Shown here: positions 59,352 to 64,000 of the stretch, piece after piece
Layout of the letters: every line of letters starts with the position of its first letter
How positions within the stretch are numbered: the first letter of the stretch is position 1
Notes under the pieces: generated by a model
The model's database searches: none
What the model was told of the DNA's origin: nothing
Seen by the model: the letters and a program-made list of their open reading frames with translations, nothing else
Translations under genes and position numbers: made by a program
From: an uncultured SAR86 cluster bacterium
GTDB taxonomy: Bacteria > Pseudomonadota > Gammaproteobacteria > Magnimaribacterales > D2472
Direction of reading: 5' to 3'
Assembly: GCA_902605165.1 (NCBI GenBank)
Contig: CACLBJ010000002.1
Coordinates: 100,269-164,268 of the forward strand
DNA: 64,000 nucleotides

Positions 59352-61236
59352 AAATTTTTCTTCTGATTACTAAAACTGCACCAAGGCTCATTATTATTGC
59401 AGAAATCCAGATTAATCTAACAAAATAGTTTTCCTGCACGTTAACTATCCATTTACCATTAGATTGCTGCTCACCAATTGTTATATATACATCTTTTATA
59501 GGTTTAATGGATATATCTGATTCTGTTGTAATTTCTCCTCTTACAAAATATTTTCTTTTTTCAGGATAAAGCTCAAAAGTATCTTCTCCATTTGAAAAAA
59601 TAAAATCTGCAGATAGTGATTCAAAGTTAGAATTCTTTTGTAATGAAATATTATCAAACTCAATAGTATTCTCATTAAATTTTACTTCGTCTCCGACGCT
59701 CATGCTAAACGTTCTTTCATTGCTAAGGGCTGCATTTAGTGAAATAGAGACGATCAATAATGCAAAACCTATATGTGCTAAAGCACTTCCTTGATTAAAG
59801 TATTTTTTGGAAATAACGGAATCAATAATTAATGCTATATATCTTAAAAGAATTAAATTACCAAAAAAAATGCCTCCTATTAGCCACCACTCATAATTGT
59901 TCACAAAATATATTATTACAATCGAAGATAGTATCGTTAAAGCAAAAATGAATGCAGAAGATTTTAGGATTTCTATTAAGGGTATTTCACGAGACCATTT
60001 TGAAAAAGTTGAAAACACTAAGAATAAAGACGTAATAAAAGTGAGTGGTGCAAATACTTTGTTATAAAAGGGGCTTCCTACCGAAACTCTAGAATCTGAG
60101 AACGCTTCTAAAATTAATGGATACGATATGCCTAAGAAAATAATAAACACTGCGGTAATAAAAAAAACATTATTGGTTCCAATAAAAAACTCTTTTGAAA
60201 AGTCTTTTACCCTATTTACAGCAAAGATTTTTGATAAATTTTTTACAAAAAGCATAATCGGAGCAGAAACTAAAAATGCCGACATTCCAAGCAAGTACAA
60301 GCCTCTTGTTGGGTCATTTGCAAATGAGTGAACACTATCAATTATCCCAGATCTAACAATAAAAGCTCCAAATAAACTCAGTGTGAATGCAATAATTGAT
60401 AAAAATATTGTCCAAGCTATTAGATTATTTGATCTTGAAGAAACATAAACTGTATGGAGAAGCGCAGTCCCCGCCAACCAAGGCATTAGGGCAACATTTT
60501 CCACTGGATCCCAAAACCAATAACCACCCCAACCTAGTTCGTAGTAAGCCCACCAACTTCCAAGAGCTATCCCAATAGTAAGAAATATCCACGCTGATAA
60601 TATAAAACTCTTGATCTCTGCAATTGGAAACTGTTCAAATCTTCCGCTTAATAGAAAAGCTGTAACAAATGCAAAAGGAATAACAAAGCCAATATAACCA
60701 AAATAAAGCATTGGAGGGTGAATTGCTAAAGCTGGATCTTGCAAGATGGGATTTATATCAGCTCCATCGGGAACCCCAAAAGGTAAGATTCTTTCAAATG
60801 GACTTGAAATGAATAATAAAAAAAGAAGGAAGCATACTACCACTAATGAAATTATCCCAATTGTTTGAGGATAGAAAGTTGTTGTTGAATGATTTCTAAA
60901 TATTAGAAAAAACAGGCCCCATAAAGAAATTATCAAAACCCAAAGAAATAATGAGCCTTCATGTGCACTCCATATTGAAGAAACTTTATAAAAAATTGGA
61001 AGATTTGAGTTTGAGTGACTCGCTATGTAAGCCATGGTGAAGTCATCAATAATTGCTAAATAAACAAAGAGTAAAAATGAAGTAATTAATATTAATGACC
61101 CCAATACGAAAATCTTAGGTACAAAAATACTTATGCTGCTAGTATTTGAGGAATAGGAGAAAAAAGCTAGAACAAAGCAAGCCATAAACACAATTGATGA
61201 GGAGAAAGCTAAGAAGTGACTTATTTCACCAATCAT
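59344..61236 (-). CDS. ccmF: Cytochrome c heme lyase subunit CcmF
   Basis: 630 aa, polytopic. WGGYWFWDPVEN (WWD domain) and conserved His residues. Confidence 0.92.
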   Translation of the reverse strand: MIGEISHFLAFSSSIVFMACFVLAFFSYSSNTSSISIFVPKIFVLGSLILITSFLLFVYLAIIDDFTMAYIASHSNSNLPIFYKVSSIWSAHEGSLFLWVLIISLWGLFFLIFRNHSTTTFYPQTIGIISLVVVCFLLFLLFISSPFERILPFGVPDGADINPILQDPALAIHPPMLYFGYIGFVIPFAFVTAFLLSGRFEQFPIAEIKSFILSAWIFLTIGIALGSWWAYYELGWGGYWFWDPVENVALMPWLAGTALLHTVYVSSRSNNLIAWTIFLSIIAFTLSLFGAFIVRSGIIDSVHSFANDPTRGLYLLGMSAFLVSAPIMLFVKNLSKIFAVNRVKDFSKEFFIGTNNVFFITAVFIIFLGISYPLILEAFSDSRVSVGSPFYNKVFAPLTFITSLFLVFSTFSKWSREIPLIEILKSSAFIFALTILSSIVIIYFVNNYEWWLIGGIFFGNLILLRYIALIIDSVISKKYFNQGSALAHIGFALLIVSISLNAALSNERTFSMSVGDEVKFNENTIEFDNISLQKNSNFESLSADFIFSNGEDTFELYPEKRKYFVRGEITTESDISIKPIKDVYITIGEQQSNGKWIVNVQENYFVRLIWISAIIMSLGAVLVIRRKIYV

Positions 61237-61238
61237 AA

Positions 61239-61652
61239 TTAGTTCAATTCTAGGTTTGGTGGCATATAGTTCTCATCATGCTTGGCAAAAACTTCATCTG
61301 CATAAAAAATTCCATCATTGTATTTACCAAGGACAACAATACCTTTGCCCTCTTTAAATAAATCGGGTAACAAGCCCTCATAAATAACTTTGATTGAATC
61401 TTCAAAATCAGTAACCTCAAAATTTACTTTGTTTTCATTTATGAAAAAGCTATCTTTTTTTACCATACCGCCAAGCTTTACTCTTGTATTTGATGATAAA
61501 ACAACATTTTCGTCACTCTGTTTAAGTTCGCTAGGAGTTAAAAAATAATCAAGGTTTGAATTTAGCGCATACAAAATTAAACCAATACCAAGACATGAAC
61601 TACCTATAATAAGAAGAACTCCGAAAAGTCTTTTTTTTCTATCTTTCTTCAT
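61239..61652 (-). CDS. ccmE: Heme chaperone CcmE
   Basis: 137 aa. N-terminal anchor, an OB-fold (RVKLGGMV) and the heme-binding AKHDENYMP. Confidence 0.92.
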   Translation of the reverse strand: MKKDRKKRLFGVLLIIGSSCLGIGLILYALNSNLDYFLTPSELKQSDENVVLSSNTRVKLGGMVKKDSFFINENKVNFEVTDFEDSIKVIYEGLLPDLFKEGKGIVVLGKYNDGIFYADEVFAKHDENYMPPNLELN

Positions 61653-61797
61653 TTATTTCTTTCTTGACTTGTCTTATTTTTCTATTTAAAAGAATAATTG
61701 TAGATCCCAGGATTACAAAAAGTACAACTACAACAATCCATACATAAACTCCATGATCACCCATGCTAAGCATATTTGTTAAGCTATCTTGATTCAT
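61639..61797 (-). CDS. ccmD: Heme exporter protein CcmD (52 aa, absent from the supplied ORF track)
   Basis: Manual translation gives MNQDSLTNMLSMGDHGVYVWIVVVVLFVILGSTIILLNRKIRQVKKEINEER*. This is a single TM with the G..YVW pattern of CcmD. It fills the ccmC-ccmE gap and overlaps ccmE by 14 nt. Confidence 0.8.
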   Translation of the reverse strand: MNQDSLTNMLSMGDHGVYVWIVVVVLFVILGSTIILLNRKIRQVKKEINEER

Positions 61798-61799
61798 TT

Positions 61800-62528
61800 T
61801 CAAATATTCTTTATCCAGCTTTTATATTTTTCCCTTTTTAAGATTTCATTCTGTGAGGAAAGAATAACTAATCCAAAAATTAGGCCAATAAAACTAACTA
61901 TAGAAAACATTAATGGATATAGCATTACTGGATCAATTGCAGGCTTGCTTGTCAATGTTATGGATGCAGATTGATGAAGTGTTGACCACCAATCTACTGA
62001 TTTCTTTATTATTGGTATATTTACCACTCCTATTAAAACGAGCACTGAAAAAAATTTGTCAGCTTTTTCTTTATTTTCAAAGGATGCATGCAAAGAGATT
62101 AAGCCAAGATACATTATTAATAAGATTAATGTAGAGGTAATTCGAGCATCCCACTGCCACCAGGTTCCCCAAGTTGGTATACCCCAAATGGAGCCTGAAA
62201 ATAGTGCAAAAAAGGTCACAATTGCTCCAATTGGGGCGATTGATTTGGAGACATATGCAGCTAATTTGAGTTTCCAAATTAGAAAAACAGCTGAGGTAAT
62301 TGCCATAACAGCAAAAAGAATCTGAGCCATAAATGATGCTGGAACATGCATATAAATTATTCTGTAAGAATCGCCCTGGACTGCATCAGGAGGCGTAAAA
62401 AAAAGTCCCCATGCTAAAGCGCTAATATAAAGTAAAAAAAAGAATACCAGAAAAGGCTTAACAAACTTATTAGCAATAGCAAAATAACTCTTTGGAGAGG
62501 CAAATTGATGAAAAAATTTTTTAATCAC
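61800..62528 (-). CDS. ccmC: Heme exporter protein CcmC
   Basis: 242 aa. WGTWWQWDARITS is the WWD motif. Confidence 0.92.
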   Translation of the reverse strand: MIKKFFHQFASPKSYFAIANKFVKPFLVFFFLLYISALAWGLFFTPPDAVQGDSYRIIYMHVPASFMAQILFAVMAITSAVFLIWKLKLAAYVSKSIAPIGAIVTFFALFSGSIWGIPTWGTWWQWDARITSTLILLIMYLGLISLHASFENKEKADKFFSVLVLIGVVNIPIIKKSVDWWSTLHQSASITLTSKPAIDPVMLYPLMFSIVSFIGLIFGLVILSSQNEILKREKYKSWIKNI

Positions 62529-62553
62529 AGAAATAATATATGGGTTTTTTTTG

Positions 62554-63204
62554 CTATTCCAAATGCGTTCTCAGTATAAATGAAATAATAAATGGTATAA
62601 AACTTGCTACCAAGATCATTACTCCCACTAAAAGGCTCAAATGACCCATCAAACTTAACCCTAACAAGGCCGAGGTTGTCATCTTACCAAGAACGATTAA
62701 CACAGGAATTAAAAATGGAATCGTTATTAAAAGACCAAGAATAGATCCTTTTTTAAGGCTAAGGGCATTCCCAAGAGAAAAGAAATTAATAAAAATTAGA
62801 TTTGAGATTACTAAACATAACAAAGTAATTGAACTTATATGAATTGAGATATCAAGAGATAAGGTAAATAGAAAGGCAACAAAAGCAAGAGGAATACCAA
62901 TCAATACCCAGTGAACAAGGATTTTATAAAAAACAATTTCAATAAGTTGATTATTTACTGCATATTGTTCAAGAGTTCCATCTTCAAAATCTTCAGAAAA
63001 AATTAATTCAGTTCCTAACATAGTAACCAAAAGTGTAGAAATCCAAATGAAAGATAAATAAATTTGTGGCGGATTATCGCTATTTATATCCAGCGTCAAT
63101 GGAAAAGAAATGATTATTAATAGAAAAACTAATACAGGTCCAACCCAAGCCCTCCTCCTCTTAAAGAGCTTATATATCTCTATGAAAAGAATACTGCTAT
63201 TCAT
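62554..63204 (-). CDS. ccmB: Heme exporter permease CcmB
   Basis: 216 aa with 6 TM. It lies between ccmA and ccmC. Confidence 0.85.
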   Translation of the reverse strand: MNSSILFIEIYKLFKRRRAWVGPVLVFLLIIISFPLTLDINSDNPPQIYLSFIWISTLLVTMLGTELIFSEDFEDGTLEQYAVNNQLIEIVFYKILVHWVLIGIPLAFVAFLFTLSLDISIHISSITLLCLVISNLIFINFFSLGNALSLKKGSILGLLITIPFLIPVLIVLGKMTTSALLGLSLMGHLSLLVGVMILVASFIPFIISFILRTHLE

Positions 63205-63766
63205 TTATTTTTATCTCCCTGTAATCATCTTCAAAGTCTATATGTGAAGTAAAGATAATAGTTTTATTTTCATTTACTTTTGCTTCCATAAAATTCTTTA
63301 GAAATTCTTTACTGTTTTGATCAAGACCAACAAAGGGTTCATCCAATATCAAAATCTTCTCATCGGAATTTAAAACTCTTACTAAAGATAATTTTTTTTG
63401 TTGCCCAAAAGATAGTGTGCCAACAGAGTTATCAATATGCTTTCTTAAATTAAATTTTTCTAATAAATCCAGATTATAAGAATCCAACTTTAATCCTTGA
63501 ATTAAGAGATTTTCTCTTATTGATAAATAATTTTTTAAATTGTTTTTATGACCTAGAAAGCAAACTTTGTCTTCGTTATGATTCATTAACTCACCTTTTG
63601 TTTGTTTTGTTAGGCCTATAATTATTTTTAATATGGTTGTTTTTCCAGAGCCATTATCTCCAGAAATTTTAACCAGTTCTCCATAGTTAATTACAAAACT
63701 AATATTGTTAAGGATATTTCTATCGTTGATTTTGTAAGAAATATTTTTTGCTTCAATTAGTTTCAT
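63197..63766 (-). CDS. ccmA: Heme ABC exporter ATP-binding protein CcmA
   Basis: 189 aa. Walker A GDNGSGKTT, signature LSFGQQKKL and Walker B ILILDEP. Confidence 0.9.
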   Translation of the reverse strand: MKLIEAKNISYKINDRNILNNISFVINYGELVKISGDNGSGKTTILKIIIGLTKQTKGELMNHNEDKVCFLGHKNNLKNYLSIRENLLIQGLKLDSYNLDLLEKFNLRKHIDNSVGTLSFGQQKKLSLVRVLNSDEKILILDEPFVGLDQNSKEFLKNFMEAKVNENKTIIFTSHIDFEDDYREIKINE

Positions 63767-63767
63767 A

Positions 63768-63956
63768 TCATGAAAGTCCTACTTTTTTTGACCTAATTGT
63801 AAGTGGTGGTAAAGGTTTTTGTGGATCAATTCTTGAATATAAGCGTTTTCCAATCTCATTAAATGGTGATTTCAGTACTTTTCCAATGCCGCCTATGGAG
63901 AAGTATAGATCTCTAGAGAAAAATATTCCTTGCTCTAAAGTTGGTATCTGATTCAT
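63768..63956 (-). CDS. Hypothetical 62-aa protein immediately upstream of ccmA
   Basis: The ORF ends with TGA 1 nt before the ccmA ATG. I recognise no motif and it has no Cys or TM. It may be non-coding leader sequence. Confidence 0.25.
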   Translation of the reverse strand: MNQIPTLEQGIFFSRDLYFSIGGIGKVLKSPFNEIGKRLYSRIDPQKPLPPLTIRSKKVGLS

Positions 63957-64000
63957 CGATGAAATAATTCCTTTTAGTTTGCTAAATATCTTATTTTTAT

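Overview
This is a very AT-rich, tightly packed bacterial chromosomal segment. Intergenic gaps are short and many neighbouring genes overlap. It has six tRNA genes and no rRNA, CRISPR array, transposase or integrase that I could see. Gene order points to a streamlined marine gammaproteobacterium, possibly SAR86-like, but that placement is an inference. The supporting synteny is hda / CDP-alcohol transferase / DUF2066 // purM-purN-DUF3108, then dnaX-recR, smc-zipA-ligA and ccmABCDEFGHI.

- **1-29 kb, housekeeping:** trhO, folD, gpsA, htpG, xseA, sppA, hda, purMN, dcd, recR, dnaX, recX, an Hsp20 gene, dsbD, and an operon of a membrane protein, a PLP-dehydratase, MscS and an SLC13 permease.
- **29-50 kb, accessory catabolic block punctuated by tRNA-Val and tRNA-Leu:**
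  - a beta-lactamase-fold hydrolase
  - an ACAD10/11-like acyl-CoA dehydrogenase with a divergent LysR regulator
  - an SDR and a Tat-exported flavoprotein
  - a TonB-dependent receptor / MFS / cytochrome P450 / ICMT-like operon
  - a DhlA-type haloalkane dehalogenase operon with a long GST-like protein
  - a tandem acyl-CoA dehydrogenase pair and an SdsA1-type alkyl sulfatase
- **50-64 kb:** mnmC, ligA, zipA, smc and a complete System I cytochrome c maturation operon. The operon includes a 52-aa ccmD that the ORF track missed.

I found no convincing new defence or mobile system. The observations most worth a second look are:
- an intact but hinge-less 728-aa SMC
- an A10 slippery run in dnaX whose -1 frame stops one codon later, giving a candidate gamma subunit
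- a P450 operon with no redox partner, coupled to outer- and inner-membrane transport
- a dehalogenase operon that includes uncharacterised membrane and coiled-coil proteins
- a fourU-like anti-Shine-Dalgarno element upstream of the small heat-shock gene

All functional calls come from motif and family recognition by eye. No database search was run.
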